Shown: positions 1 through 12,714 of the stretch, piece by piece | Layout of the letters: every line of letters starts with the position of its first letter | Numbering within the stretch: position 1 is the stretch's first letter | Assembly: GCA_963514005.1 (NCBI GenBank) | Contig: OY740816.1 | Coordinates: forward strand, 17,794,001-17,858,000 | Origin: Raja brachyura | Taxonomy: Eukaryota | Direction of reading: 5' to 3' | Length of the DNA stretch: 64,000 nt | Made by a program: the position numbers and the translations under genes | The notes under the pieces: generated by a model | Database searches by the model: none | Told to the model about the DNA's origin: nothing | The model's input: only the letters and a program-made list of their open reading frames with translations

Positions 1-458
1 TTTCACACTTAAATTTGCTAAGTTCTATGAATTGTCAAAAGCTAAGAAAGGTAATGGCAAGACTAGAAGCGAGGAATGGGAAATCATAATTAAGGCATTT
101 TTAAATATTAAATATTCCAGCAGTATTTCTAACCTTTGAGTCTCTAATTCTTTGACACTATCCATTCTAAAAGAAACTTGAGGGATAAAACCCAGTAAAC
201 ATTTTAATTCATGCAAGTAAAAGGTTACAAAAAAAAGTACAAAAACTAATATTGCAAGGAAATCTGCACTAAAAAGCTATTTAATTTAGTGCACGTTCTC
301 AAGTAAGATAAATAGTGATATAAGCAGGAAGGATAAAAGTTTTGACCCAAGAATACATAAAGGTGCCAAAAATGCATCATTCAAAATTTAAATCCATAAA
401 AATATTTAAGTTCATAATTGAAGGTAAGCTAACCTCTACTTTTGTAGTCAGAGACTCT

Positions 459-898
459 TCAAGTTCAAGTGAGTTTATTATCATGTGTCCCTGATAGGAC
501 AATGAAATTCTTGCTTTGCATCAGCACACAGAACATAGAAGGCATTTACTACAAAACAGATCAATGTGTCCATATACCATATATGAATATATACACACAT
601 GAATAAATAAACTAATAAAGTGCAAATAACAGATAATGGGTTATTAGTTATCAGAGTTTTGTCCGAGCCAGATTGAATAGCCTGATGGCTGTGGGGAAGT
701 AGCTATTCCTGAACCTGGTCGTTGCAGTCTTCAGGCTCCTGTACCTTCTACCTGAAGGTAGCAGGAAGATGAGTATGTGGCCAGGATGGTGTGGGTCTTT
801 GATGATACTGCCAGCTTTTTTGAGGCAGCGACTGCGGTAAATCCCCTCGATGGAAGGAAGGTCAGAGCCGATGATGGACTAGGCAGTGCTTACTACTT
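459..898 (-). mobile_element. 3' end fragment of a Rex1/Babar-like LINE
   Basis: Begins with a (TCAAGT)n-like tail and GAGTTTATTATCATGTGTCCCTGATAGGACAATGAAATTCTTGC; the following sequence is homologous to the 3' part of the RT-bearing copy at 52108-53335. Confidence 0.7.
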
Positions 899-1213
899 TT
901 TCATTTTGATTTGATGGAAGTTCTAACATCTATAACTTGGTCAGCAGCATGGCCACAAATATTTATGATGTGCAAGATTTATTTCCTTGAAGATTGGAGG
1001 ACTGCATGCTAGTTGCTGATGATCGCAGATGCTCCAAAGATTTCTTTAGTGTTATGCATTTTTCTTGATTGCATGACTGTTTCAACAACACTGCATTTTA
1101 TAACTCTATTAGTTTCTGCACTGAAGCTGTAATTAACCACGTCTCTGCAACCTGGAATTATCTCCAGCAAATTAATTTAAAACCCATACTTGAGATGAGT
1201 ATCCTCATATCAA

Positions 1214-4200
1214 CTTATAACATATAACCATATAACAATCACAGCACGGAAACAGGCTTTCTCGATCCTTCCAGTTCGTGCCGACCATTTATTTTCCCCT
1301 ACTCCCATCTACCTGCACTCAGACCATTCCCTTCCCGTCCATATACCTATCCACTTTACTTTTAAATGCTAAAATCGATCCTGCCTCCACCACTTCTGCT
1401 GGAAGATCATTCCGCACAGCCACCACTCTCTGAGTAAAGAAGTTCCCCCTCATGTTACCCCTAAACTTCTGTCCCTTAATTCTCATGTCATGCCCTCTTG
1501 TTTGAATCTTCCCTACCCTCAATGGGAAAAGCTTATCCACGTCAACTCTGTCTATCCCTTTCATAATTTTACAGACCTCAATCAAGTCCCCCCTCAACCT
1601 TCTGCGCTCCAAAGAATAAAGACCTAACTTGTTCAACCTTTCTCTGTAACTTAGTTGCTGGAACCCAGGCAACATTCCAGTAAATCTCCTCTGTACTCTC
1701 TCTATTTTGTTGACATCCTTTCTATAATTAGGCGACCAAAATTGTACACCATACTCCAGAATTGGTCTCATCAATGCCTTGTACAATTTTAATATTACTT
1801 CCCTACTCCTATATTCAATGCTCTGATTTATAAAGGCCAGCACACCAAAAGCTTTCTTTACCACCCTATCTACATGCGATTCCACCTTCAGGGAACTGTG
1901 CACAGTTATTCCTAGATCCCTCTGTTCCACAGCATTCCTCAATTCCCTACCATTTACCATGTACGTCCTATTTTGATTTGTCCTGCCAAGATGTAGCACC
2001 TCACACTTATCAGCATTAAACTCCATCTGCCATCTTTCATCCCACTCTTCCAAATGGCCCAAATCTCTCTGTAGACTTTGAAAATCTACTTCATTATGCA
2101 CAGCACCACCTATCTTAGTATCATCTGCATACTTATCCAATTTTCCACCCCATCATCTAGATCATTGATGTACATGAGAAACAACAGTGGACCCAACACA
2201 GATCCCTGAGCACCCCACTGGTCACCGGCTTCCAACCTGACAAACAGCCATCCACCATTACTCTCTGGCATCTCCCATTCAGCCACTGTTGAATCCATCT
2301 TGCTACTCCGCCATTAACACCCAAAGATTGAACCTTCTTAACCAACCTTCCATGGGGAACCTTGTCAAAGGCCTTACTGAAATCCATATAGACAACATCC
2401 ACTGCTTTACCCTCATCAATTTCCCTAGTAACCTCTTCAAAACATTCAAGAAAGTTTGTCAAACATGATCTTCCAGGCACAAATCCATGTTGACAGTTCT
2501 TGATCAGGCCCTGTTTATCCAGATGCTTATATATATTATCTCTAAGTATCCTTTCCATTAATTTGCCCGCCACTGACGTCAAACTAACAGGTCTACAATT
2601 GCTAGGTTTATTCTTTGAACCCTTTTTAAACAATGGAACAACATGCGAAGTACGCCAATCCTCCGGCACTATTCCCGTTTCTAATGACATTTGAAATATT
2701 TCTGTCATAGCCCCTGCTATTTCTACACTAACTTCCCTCAATGTCCATGGGAATATCCTGTCAGGACCTGGAGACTTATCCACTTTTATATTTTTCAAAA
2801 GTGTCAGTACTTCCTCCTCTTTGAATCTCATAGTTTCCATAGCTACTCTACTTTTTTCCCTTACCTCACAGAGTTCAATATCCTTCTTGGTGAATACCGA
2901 AGAAAAGAAATTGTTCAATATCTCCCCCATCTCTTTTGGCTCAGCAGATAGCTGTCCATTCTGGCTCTCTAATGGTCCAATTTTATCCCTCGTTATCCTT
3001 TTGCTATTAATATAGCTGTAGAAACCCTTTGGATTTACTTTCACCTTTCTTGCCAAAGCAACCTCATATCTTTTAGCTTTTCTTATTTCTTTCTTAAGAT
3101 TCTTTTTACATTCTTTATACTCATCTAGCACCTCATTTACTCCATGCCTCCTATAATTGTTGTAGAAGTCTCTCTTTTTTCGAACCACGTGTCCAATTTC
3201 CCTTGAAAACCATGGCTCTTTCCGATTTTTACTATTTCCTTTCTACCGAACAGGGACATAAAGATTCTGTACTCTTACAATTTCCCCTTTAAATGTCCTC
3301 CATTTCTCTTCTACATCCTTCCCAAAAAACAAAATGTCCCAATTCACTCCTTTTAAATCATTACGCATTCTGAGGGAAAGTTAGCCTTTCTCCAATCAAA
3401 TGTCTCAACCCTAGGTCCAGTTCTGACTCTCTCCATAATTATATTGAAACTAATGGTATTGTGATCACTGGTCCTGAAGTGCACACCAACGCATACCTCC
3501 ATCACCTGACCTGCCTCATTTCCTAACAGGAGGTCCAGCACTGCCCCTTCTCTGGTCGATACCTCCATGTATTGCTGCAAAAAACTATCCTGCACACATT
3601 TAACAAACTCCAAACCATTCAGCCAATTTACCGAATGCGTTTCCCAGTCTATTTTTGGAAAATTGAAATCTCCCACAATCGCTTCCTTGTGCTTACTACT
3701 AATATCTGCTATCTCCTTTCATATTAGCTCTTCCAATTCTCGCTCCCCATTTGGCGGTCTATAATACACCGCTAAAAGTGTTGCTACACCGTTCCCACTT
3801 CTCAGTTCCACCCAAATAGCCTCCCTAGACGAGCCCTCTCATCTATCCTGCCAAAGCACTGCTGTAATATCTTCTCTGACAAGCAATGCAACCCCTCCAC
3901 CTCTGGTCCCTCCAATTCTATCACACCTGAAGCAACGAAATCCTGGAATATTTAGTTTCCAATCACAACTCTCCCGCAACCATGTTTCACTGATTGCCAC
4001 AACATCATATTTCCAGGTGTCAATCCAGGCTCTAAATTCATCCAACTTTCTTTAAATGCTCCTAGCATTAAAATATACACATTTTAGAAACCCACCATCC
4101 CTTATTCTCTGTTTATTATCTTTTTCCTCTTTCTCGCCTACATTTTGGGTCCGAGTGCTTCCCTTCTCTGCCTCTTGCCCCTCACCTTGTCCCCTAGCCC

Positions 4201-4294
4201 CCTCTACCCGAGTCCCTCCCCCCAGCCTTTCTAGTTTAAAGTCTCCTTTGCAAATCTCCCCGCCAGGATATTGGTTCCCCTCGGGTTCAAGTGC
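1214..4294 (-). mobile_element. CR1-clade LINE, 5'-truncated, ORF2 (APE endonuclease + RT) broken by frameshifts
   Basis: Minus-strand ORF fragments: FLKCVYFNARSI, YDVVAISETWL, MGDFNFPKIDW, SDHNTI (endonuclease); KSPGPDRI, YMDFSKAFDKVPH, QGSVLGPLLF, KYADDTK, ERRRLRGDLIE (RT and C-terminus); short-repeat tail (CATATAAC)n near 1215-1240. Confidence 0.95.
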
Positions 4295-4714
4295 ATGAAA
4301 GAAGCTGAAATGTAGAGTTTTGTTTCCCTTCATTTTGCTTTGGGTAAACCTAATTATGTCTAATTCATGTTTAGTACTTGGATTTCTTCCTTCAGAAGAT
4401 AGACTAGTGCAACTTAGCTTTGTTGCAAATAACAAAGAATTTCTAAGATCTAGCGGCTCATTTTTTGTTTTATTTGGCATTGTAATAAAGTTGCCAAATT
4501 TTATCTTGGAGTTTTGCCTTCACAAAAACACTTTTTTATTGCAGATGTTGGTGCATATGTTGCTTCATAATTTGAATCCTAATGGATTAAGACAATAATT
4601 GAGAAGTTTATGAAAGGAAATGCTCTTGTTAGAAGCCATTGTTTTAAGACCAAACTCTGTTCGCAAGGCATTGACTCCATTTTACTTCCTGGCAATAAGC
4701 GAAGGCCGAATCAG

Positions 4715-4935
4715 AGTTTACACAGCCTTGGTGTTGTACTTGAGCCTGAAATAAGCTTCTACCGCTGGTCAGACCTTTATTCTACTTTGAACTCTATAAC
4801 TTTACCTGCATCACCCCTGCTGTACTTTTCATCCACCCCATTTTTACATCTAGACACTTCTAAACTATTTTTGTTGTCGTCATTCTCCCATATCCTGCTA
4901 CACTTGTCTCAACTTGCCCTAGGGCCCACTGCTCG
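4715..4935 (+). mobile_element. Old L2-like LINE fragment
   Basis: Translation SLGVVLEPEISF resembles the L2 RT motif NLGVIFDxxLSF; highly decayed. Confidence 0.4.
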
Positions 4936-5582
4936 TTTGGCCATTCTGTCAATGTTGTTGATTTTTAGTTACATCCTTATTTCAGGGGCAAATAGGAATG
5001 GACGGTCAATGCTGGTGACGCCAGTGACATCCAACCTACTAATAAGTTTTTTTTTAAATGGGTCATAATATAACAAGACAAAGACTTAAAAGTTTGTGCC
5101 ATGTTTTAAATCAGTCCACGTCCTTGTCTCACCCTCTTGCTTTAATTGCCTTTACTTCTAAAACTATGATGCCTGTACTTAAAGAAATTATATCCTTGTC
5201 TGTAATCTAGATTTCATCACTTGGAATTCTCTTTCTATATAATTCAATTTCTCTCTCCTCCTGCAAGATGTTTTAAAACTTACCTTTGCCCAAATTTTGG
5301 TCTTCTGCCATAATATTTCTTTAATTTGATGTCCAATCTTGAATCGTAATGTTCCTGTGATTTCTTTACTTCATAATATTTGAATGCATATATTGTCCTC
5401 AAATTTAAAAAATAATTACGGAATTGTTGTCTTTATGGCACAATATTTAAGTGATTACTCAGTACGTTGATAGACTAATTGCAAGTAGAACATTTTAAAG
5501 CAAAATCATATAAATGCTGTGAATTTGAAATAGAAACATAAAATACTAGGGTTACTCAGAATATAACAAGACAAAGACTTAA

Positions 5583-6105
5583 AGGGGCTGTCCCACTTGG
5601 GCGACCTAATTGGCAAATTTAGAATAGTTTGAAAAAATGCCATGTTAAAGACCTCCTTGGACTATGTAGAAGACCTCCTTCGACCTCCTTCAACAATGTT
5701 GAAGACTAGCTTCGATTAGCTACGACTAACTTCGGGAAAATTGGACACCGAATAGTGGAGAGTGAAGTCGACCTCCCTTCGACTATGATGAAGACTATCT
5801 ACGACTACCTTAGACTACCCTCGATTACCTACCACTAACATGCCGACCTACTACGACGTACTATGACTAAAACTAAGAGTAAAAAAAAGTAGCGATCATT
5901 TTCCATGGAGACCTTTTTTTACTCGCGGGCATTTTTTAACATATTGAAAAAATGCCGTGACTTAGCTGAGGCCTCGAGTACGCGGAGACCACTCTCGAGC
6001 ATGAAGGAGAGTTACGAAGACCTCCTACGACCCTGTGTCGACCATGCTGCGAGTATGAATCGAGGGCGAACTCGCGGATTAGGTTGCCCAAGTGGGACGG
6101 GCCCT
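5583..6105. mobile_element. Non-autonomous DNA transposon (MITE) with about 27-bp TIRs, TTAA (or TA) target duplication
   Basis: AGGGGCTGTCCCACTTGGGCGACCTAAT ... ATTAGGTTGCCCAAGTGGGACGGGCCCT; TTAA on both flanks (5579-5582, 6106-6109); internal GACTA/GACCT-type micro-repeats. Confidence 0.9.
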
Positions 6106-6649
6106 TTAAAAGTTTATGCCCTTGTTTTAAAATCATCCATGTACTTGTCTCGCCCTCTTTCTTTCATTGATTTAATAATAAAACTATGTCGCATCTGTGG
6201 AGAGAAGAAGAGTTAATGCTTCCCTTATGGTTGGCAACCTTCACCTTACTGACTTCTAATGTTTCCCCCTCCGGCTATTTAAATAATTTCTAGTTTCAAA
6301 CAGAAAATTCCAAGCGATGAAGTTCAGAGTTTGGAAGTGGGTGGAATTTATTAAAACTGCAATGACCTTTATTAATATAAAGTATGTGAATAGTATTTGC
6401 AGTAATGCAGTGATTTCTTAGTAGCTTGTCAGCCAGTTGTTAGCAGTTCATAGGTGGAAGTGCAGAGTTGCTATCCTGACCAGTAGTTTCAGCTAGTCAA
6501 CAAGATGATTTCTGACATAATACAAATGAGATTGCTTCTCTCTGATCACAAGTCCAGACACTGTGGCTCAAGTTACCGTTTATTAGTGCCACCGGATACT
6601 TGCTCACACTTTCCGATTCAGTCTGCTGCATTTCCCTGTGGATCCATTA

Positions 6650-6940
6650 AGACCTGATGGAAGTATGTAAAATTATGATAGGGTAGGCGAAAATGACACA
6701 GCCTAGAGGACATAGATTTAAGTCCAGAAGGACAAAGTTTAAAAGTGTGCAGGGGCTAGTTATTCTTAAACAGAGGAGGAGGTAGATACACAAGTGGCGT
6801 TTAAGAGGTTTTTAGATAGGGACATGGATATGGAGGGATGTGAATCACGTGCAAGCAGAGATTAGTTTAACTTGGTATCATGATCAGCATGGGCTTTATT
6901 GGTTAAATGGCTTGTTCCTGTGAGATACTGCTCTACGTGC
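6650..6940 (+). mobile_element. CR1 LINE 3' end fragment
   Basis: Decayed homolog of the 3' end of the CR1 at 1214-1600 (GACCTGATGGAAGTATGTAAAATTATGA ... TTAGATAGGGACATGGAT ... GTTCCTGTG). Confidence 0.65.
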
Positions 6941-8117
6941 TATATGTTTAGGAATTCGCCATTGAGGAAATGATTCATTCTTGTTTCAGGTGAACTGTTT
7001 CGAATGCAATTTCTCACCCAGAAAATAAGCTGTTGCCTTCTGCACTAAACATTCGGTCATCCTCCTCTTTGCTACTTACTTGTAATTGTTCATTACTCAT
7101 GCTGCTTTCTTAAGTTTGTTTGTTTAAAATATCTTCATACCCTGCTACCAAAATTAATATTACCTGTTCAAAAACATTCTTACTGGAACTGTTTGGATAA
7201 GAGTGGCATGGAGTAATTATTTTAATGTTTTAACAAATTTTCTACAACATTTGAGTTAGCAGCAATACTTTGTGTAAGCCCTCCCCACAAAATACAGCAA
7301 AACCGATCCATTTATAACCTGTGGTCCTGGTTGTGAGCTGCAGCTTTGCTTGTCTATCAGTGGATTAGCTTTTGACTTTTTAATTGTGTCATAGAATTGA
7401 CAGTCCCATCGCTGAGAAAAATTTCCTCGGCAGATGCCTGAATTTGAACTGCACGGGATAGAGGTGAGAGGAGGGAACTTAGTGTATTCCAAAATACCTT
7501 TCAATATTTTAGTTAATGCCTCCTATGATTTTAAATGAGCGAAAATTTGAAGCTGAAATTTGCTTTTAATCTGTGCATTAGAAAAGCTGGGAACTGCCAC
7601 AGAAGTTTAGTCTGTTTAAGCCAATGCTACGAGGAAACATGATATCTCTTTAAATATTGAAACGAAGTAGATATTGAGTTGAGGCAGTGCATCATAGCTG
7701 TGTTTATTCATGGCTTGCAAGGTTTTGCTCTGACATATCTATCACAATGGGTGTTGCTTTTAAAATGGCTTGTATCGCATGTCAAGCACTGATCTTGAGA
7801 TCTCCTTACCACAAACTGAATGTAGTCACTGGTTGTGATTTCAGTCGAGGTCTGAGATTTCATTGAACCGCAGAATGTTCTGGTTGGGGTTTTTAAACTG
7901 GCCAAGAACGTAGCCCAAATGTTGGAGTTGAGAATCTGATTGGCTTCCAGATTGTTGTTGTGAATGCACAAAGGGGATGTACTAGACTTTAGTGGGCTAC
8001 TATAGGGAAGGAGCTGCACTTTGGTAACAGTAAAAAGTCAGGGTGAAGAGCTGCACTGTGGTTCAGGTATGTGTCTAATCATACTAATGTCATTCAGAGA
8101 ACCACAATTAATGCAGA

Positions 8118-8295
8118 ACACAAAGTGCTGGAGTAACTCAGACAGCTTCTCTGGAGAGTATGGATAGATAATGTTTCTGGTCGGGAGCCTTCTTCAGACC
8201 CAACTCAATGTTGCCGATCTACCTCCTTCAGAAATGCTGCCTGAACCACTGAGTTACTCTTTGTGCTTAACGCAAGACTCCAGCCTTTGCAGTTT
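8118..8295. repeat. Palindromic pair of Penelope-pLTR-derived short repeats
   Basis: TGCTGGAGTAACTCAG...GCTTCTCTGGAGA left arm; CTTCAGAAATGCTGCCTGAACCACTGAGTTACTC right arm; hammerhead-like core on the minus strand at 8171-8200. Confidence 0.75.
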
Positions 8296-8589
8296 CTTGG
8301 GTTTCCAACCACCAGTGATAGCTTCCCTTCCCATTATGGGCAATGCTGCCTTTGGTGTCCTCAATGTCTTTTGCCACCAATCCCATATTATTTGTACATT
8401 ACCCTTTGGTGATATCATCGAAAATCACAGTTTTAATTTTCAATTGGAAACACATGGCCCAAGTGTTTTCTGCCCGGCACCGTTTTACTGTTTCTAAGCT
8501 ATCAGAGTTTGTCAGAATCCATGGCTGGGTAAGCAGAATCTTTTTTCAAGTAAATATTGGGAAGATTAAAGCCATGCTTCCGTTTCTTA

Positions 8590-8930
8590 GCTGTTGACTC
8601 CTTCCCTCTCCTGGACATTCATCTGAAAGTGAACACGGCCATTTGCCACTTTGGTTTATTACATGACCCACAGTCGTGTTTCAAGCCATGTGCTGCCATT
8701 CCAGTACTTATATTTCAACTCTGGTAATGTTGCTGTGCGCTGCTATAGTCTTATGCATCTGAAGTCTTATGACTTTGTTATCTCCAGACTCAACAATTCC
8801 AGTGCATGCTTGGCCCCTCTTTTTCAACTCGGCCCAAGCTTAAGGTGTCTGTAACCTTCTTCACATAATTCCATTGAACTTGCTTACCCACTTGGCTCCC
8901 GTTTTTTAAAATCCCTTCCAGGGCTTGACA
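8590..8930 (+). mobile_element. Old L2-like LINE fragment
   Basis: SYDFVISRLNNSSACLA resembles the L2 motif HAFVTSRLDYSNALL. Confidence 0.45.
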
Positions 8931-8936
8931 AATCCT

Positions 8937-9033
8937 GGGGAAACTGCAAAATGCTGAAGTGACTCAGTGGGTCGGGCAGCATCCTGAAGAACATCGCCAG
9001 GTGATGTTTTGGGTCAGGACCGGTCTTCAGACT
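8937..9033 (-). mobile_element. Short Penelope-pLTR-derived insertion with 13-bp direct repeats
   Basis: CTTGACAAATCCT at 8924-8936 and 9034-9046 brackets a unit ACTCAGTGGGTCGGGCAGCATC...GGTGATGTTTTGGGTCAGGACCGGTCTTCAGACT. Confidence 0.75.
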
Positions 9034-9405
9034 CTTGACAAATCCTAACATTCCGATGGCCCTTTAGCACCATATAGTCTTGGATCATTCAAGTGGAAAA
9101 AGGAGATCACAGATTTGTCTCGCGTCTTTATACGACCATCTCACCTCTTTCAGTCCAGATGAGTGGTCTCAACCTGAAATGCCACCATTCTATTTCCCTC
9201 CACCAATGCTGCCTGACTCGCTGAGTTCCTCCAGCAGCCCATTTTCTGCTGCGTTCCTCTTTATTCCCAAATATAATTGCTGCACGATTTAAAGCTACAC
9301 CGTCAAAGCTGAGGCCCTAACTTCTGGATTTCCAAATCATTCAACTTTGCTTCAGAATCTTGCCTACCATTTGGATTGACTTTTGGCTGCTGTCCTTTTC
9401 TTCTT

Positions 9406-9574
9406 GTGTAGGAAGGAACTGCAGATGCTGGAGTAACTTATCAGGTCAGGCAGCATCTCTGGTGAAAAGGAGTAGGTGATGTTTCGGGTCGGAACCCTTC
9501 TTCAGACTCCTTCACCTACTCCTTCTCTCCAGAGATTCTGCCTGACCCGCTGAGTTACTCCAGCATTTTGTGTC
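9406..9574. repeat. Palindromic pair of Penelope-pLTR-derived repeats with hammerhead-like core
   Basis: Arms GCTGGAGTAACTTATCAGGTCAGGCAGCATCTCTGGTGAAAAGGAGTAGGTGA / TCACCTACTCCTTCTCTCCAGAGATTCTGCCTGACCCGCTGAGTTACTCCAGCA; minus strand 9475-9507 reads CTGAAGAAGGGTTCCGACCCGAAACATCACC. Confidence 0.8.
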
Positions 9575-9892
9575 CTTTCTCCTTACTTGGCTTGGTATCA
9601 TTTATGTATTTGGCAACTCTCCTGTAAAATGCTTACGGATGTCTTTGCAACGTTAGATGCGCTATGTATGTTCAGGTCAATCCATTATGGAAATTCTGGG
9701 GGTAAAATGAGAATGTAATGGGACTTTCTGGTTGGGGCAGGACCAAAAGGTGCTGCACTAAGGTGGGCCATCTGTGGACAGGGTAGGGGGACTACTCTAT
9801 GTGTTGCCAAACTTGGGTGGGCGGGAGCTGTATGCAGTATTAGCTCATTCCAGCAGGGTGAATGGGATTGTATTGTAGCTGAGAAACAATAC

Positions 9893-9983
9893 TATTCCTT
9901 CTCTCCAGAGATGCTGCCTGTCCCGCTGAGTTCATCATTTTGTGTCTATCTTCGATTTAAACCAGCATCTGCAGTTCTTTTCA
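9893..9983 (+). mobile_element. Short Penelope-pLTR-derived insertion with 9-bp direct repeats
   Basis: AAACAATAC at 9884-9892 and 9984-9992 flanks TATTCCTTCTCTCCAGAGATGCTGCCTGTCCCGCTGAG...AGCATCTGCAGTTC. Confidence 0.7.
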
Positions 9984-10404
9984 AAACAATACAAATTAAC
10001 AGATATAGGCCCGTGTGCTAAATGATTGTAAAATATCCATGCATGCTGACATTATTAATCCTCTCTCCAGTTACGGGGTCTTTTCAATTTTCAAACCTTT
10101 CAGAATCCAACACTTCTATTGGTTTGAATCTATTAATTTCTCAAATAATAAGACAAAGACTGGATCAAAATATTTGAATGTTAACCTTGTGTCCAGATTT
10201 AATCTAGCAGTTATTTAAAACAAAAAACAGTGCATTGAAGAACATTGACAAGTTGGAAGGAAATAATTGTTCAATAGAAAATGCTGATCGTTGAGTGGAC
10301 TAAATGCTGATGGTTGAATGGGCTCTGGGGCTTCCTTTACTTTGCATCTTTTTCCCATTCCAAATATCTGGCATGATGCACGGATGAGGAATGAATGTGC
10401 GAGA

Positions 10405-10426
10405 GTGTGTGTGTGTGTGTGTGTGT
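10405..10426. repeat. (GT)11 microsatellite
   Basis: Read directly from the sequence. Confidence 0.95.
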
Positions 10427-12217
10427 GAGAGAGATGCGAGTGAAAGTGAAGCATTTTTCTGCTTTGCAGTCGTTGAGAGCTCCCTAGTCAGAGAGGGTCT
10501 CGCCCGTGATGCAGAGCGCCCACTAGCTCTCTCTCCTTGCCTGCGTTCCCCCAGGTGTCAACCATCTTAACTCCCAAGAGCAGCCCCAAGTGGTATGTGT
10601 TAATTTCTATTTCCATTTCACACACCATCCGCTAAAAGAAATCTGTAGACAATCATTGCTAAATTAATGAGCCTTTGAAGTGCTGTGGGCTCTTGTCCAC
10701 TAGGAACTAGGCTGAGACCTGCCAGAACCTCAAATTAAATTAGGAATTAAACTGTGGAAGGCAGGGTGGTAACTGAATCTTAATTTCATTTTGGACAACA
10801 GAGCACCCAGTCAAGTTAGGAACCTGTGAGTATTGTGGAGTGACACTAACCACGGGTGTAGGCCTCTCCAACCATATGCGTGGCCATCTGAAATCTGGAT
10901 TGAAAAGGAAGTTACCGAGTCTGTCTCAGTTTGAGGAACTCCACGAAAAGGCTGAACCTGCACTCACCGACACATGTGAGACCCTTTGGCTTTGTATAAC
11001 TTAACCAAAAAGAAACTAAATGTGAACTTTGACAGTGCCGAAGAGAAAGCTTTTTAAATTGCAATTGCACTGTGAAAGGAAACTGTGTGTGATGATACAT
11101 GCTGTAATCCAGACACGAAGTTGGTCCCCACTAATGAAGTTAAGCGTCTATTCCATGACGTGCTTGAGAATGCAAAGCCTAACCCTAGAAGTTCAGGGAC
11201 TAGATGCAGCTTTTGCTTGCTTATGTATGTAAGTTTTTGTTTTAATTTGCACGTGAGTGGATTGTATTTATTGTGCCTTTTGTTCTTGCACTCTTTTTCT
11301 GTATAGAAACGGAGCCAAGGTGCTTAATTCATTGTAATGTGTAAGTAAGTTAATCCGGTATAAGATTGAAATCAAGCCCCGTTTGCATGCGGTTTGGTGA
11401 CTCACCTCACAAGCGCAATTTTCAGATTCCAACGAATTCAGAGAAAGGTTGGTTAACAGTTAGGAGAGTAGAAGAAATGGATTGTACTGACTCCCTCTGT
11501 CCTTTTAAAGAGTGTAACTTTAAAGAATTCATTTGGCACTAAATCTGAACGTGTGTTGTGGGAACACTTTTCTGATAAATGGCATTACTGTTGTACCTGC
11601 TTGATTCCTGGCACATGTGGAGTAATTGTCGGTCCTGTCCAGTAGAAGCAGTTAAACCCTCTAAATTACCACTTGCATTAACCAAAGTTTTATGTTTTTT
11701 TTAAAAAAAAGTAAATATTCAAATAATGTTACTTTTTTCCCCCCATCCAAAACTCTGCAATAGATACGACCATTCAGTATAGCTGAAATCTAATAACTTG
11801 ATATGTTTCTGCACAATTAGATTGAATATAGCTTGCATTGGAATTGTAGTTGGATTACTGTTCTAGTTAAACAATTTCCCCCCTGCACAAAAGTCCCCAC
11901 AGATGCTCGAATAATTTTGTCTCTTTTCATTTGGCCAGTGGTATGGGATCAGATATTTGTCACCATACTGTTCTTAATTAGAACTTCTTTCAAATTGCCT
12001 AAGTGCCTTTCATACTGGCAAATATTTAACTCTATAAACCACGGCATGGGAGTAATGTAGTGCTCGTTAAGCAGTGATCTTTGGAGGGTTTAAGTGCACA
12101 GGCAGGTTTACCATATCTGAAATTATTTTTGAAACTGTCTTCCCCATGAGGTTTAATGGATATAATGTTTATGTATTCAATAAGATGATAAGCTAACGGT
12201 TTATCTTTCGTGTTCAG

Positions 12218-12422
12218 ACAATGAGCGTAAGCAACAAAAGCCAGCGGTATACACAGAGAACTTGTCACCGAAACGAGAGGAGGGGAAGGAGGCAAAGACA
12301 TTCAGGTCAAAGTCAGAGGAACCCAAACCTCTCCGAGTCAGGCCTGTGATCTTTCCAGTCCTGAAACCTGAGCCGCTCTCACTGGTGAAGTTTATAGGAA
12401 ACATCTATACTCTGAAATGCAG
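12218..12422 (+). CDS. WIZ: WIZ zinc finger protein, penultimate coding exon
   Basis: TTCAG acceptor, AG|GTGAGT donor; encodes NERKQQKP...RVRPVIFPVLKPEPLSLVKFIGNIYTLKC(R), matching the recalled WIZ C-terminus (RVRPVPSLVPRPPQTSLVKFVGNIYTLKCR). Confidence 0.92.
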
Positions 12423-12714
12423 GTGAGTGCGCCGCCTTCACAGTGAAATGGGTTTAACCATTGGTCCGTGAAATTTGGGCATGGGTGAGTTTTGTTTTTT
12501 GCTCATCTCTAACTCTCAGAACATCCTTGAACCTAATGGTGTTACGGCAGGATATTGAACTGGTGACACCTTTCTGCTGTGGTAATAGTGTTGCAGAACA
12601 GCGCTTTAGGGTGTGGGTGGGTTTAGATGCAGTGGCTGGATGGGATGGTGTGATAACATTTCAGGCAAGTCGTGAATTGATTAGATTAACAGTGGCATCT
12701 TTCCTTCCCAAAAG

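Noticed and set aside
1214-4294. Active or domesticated reverse transcriptase
   Set aside because: Multiple frameshifts and stops, 5'-truncated; an ordinary dead CR1 copy
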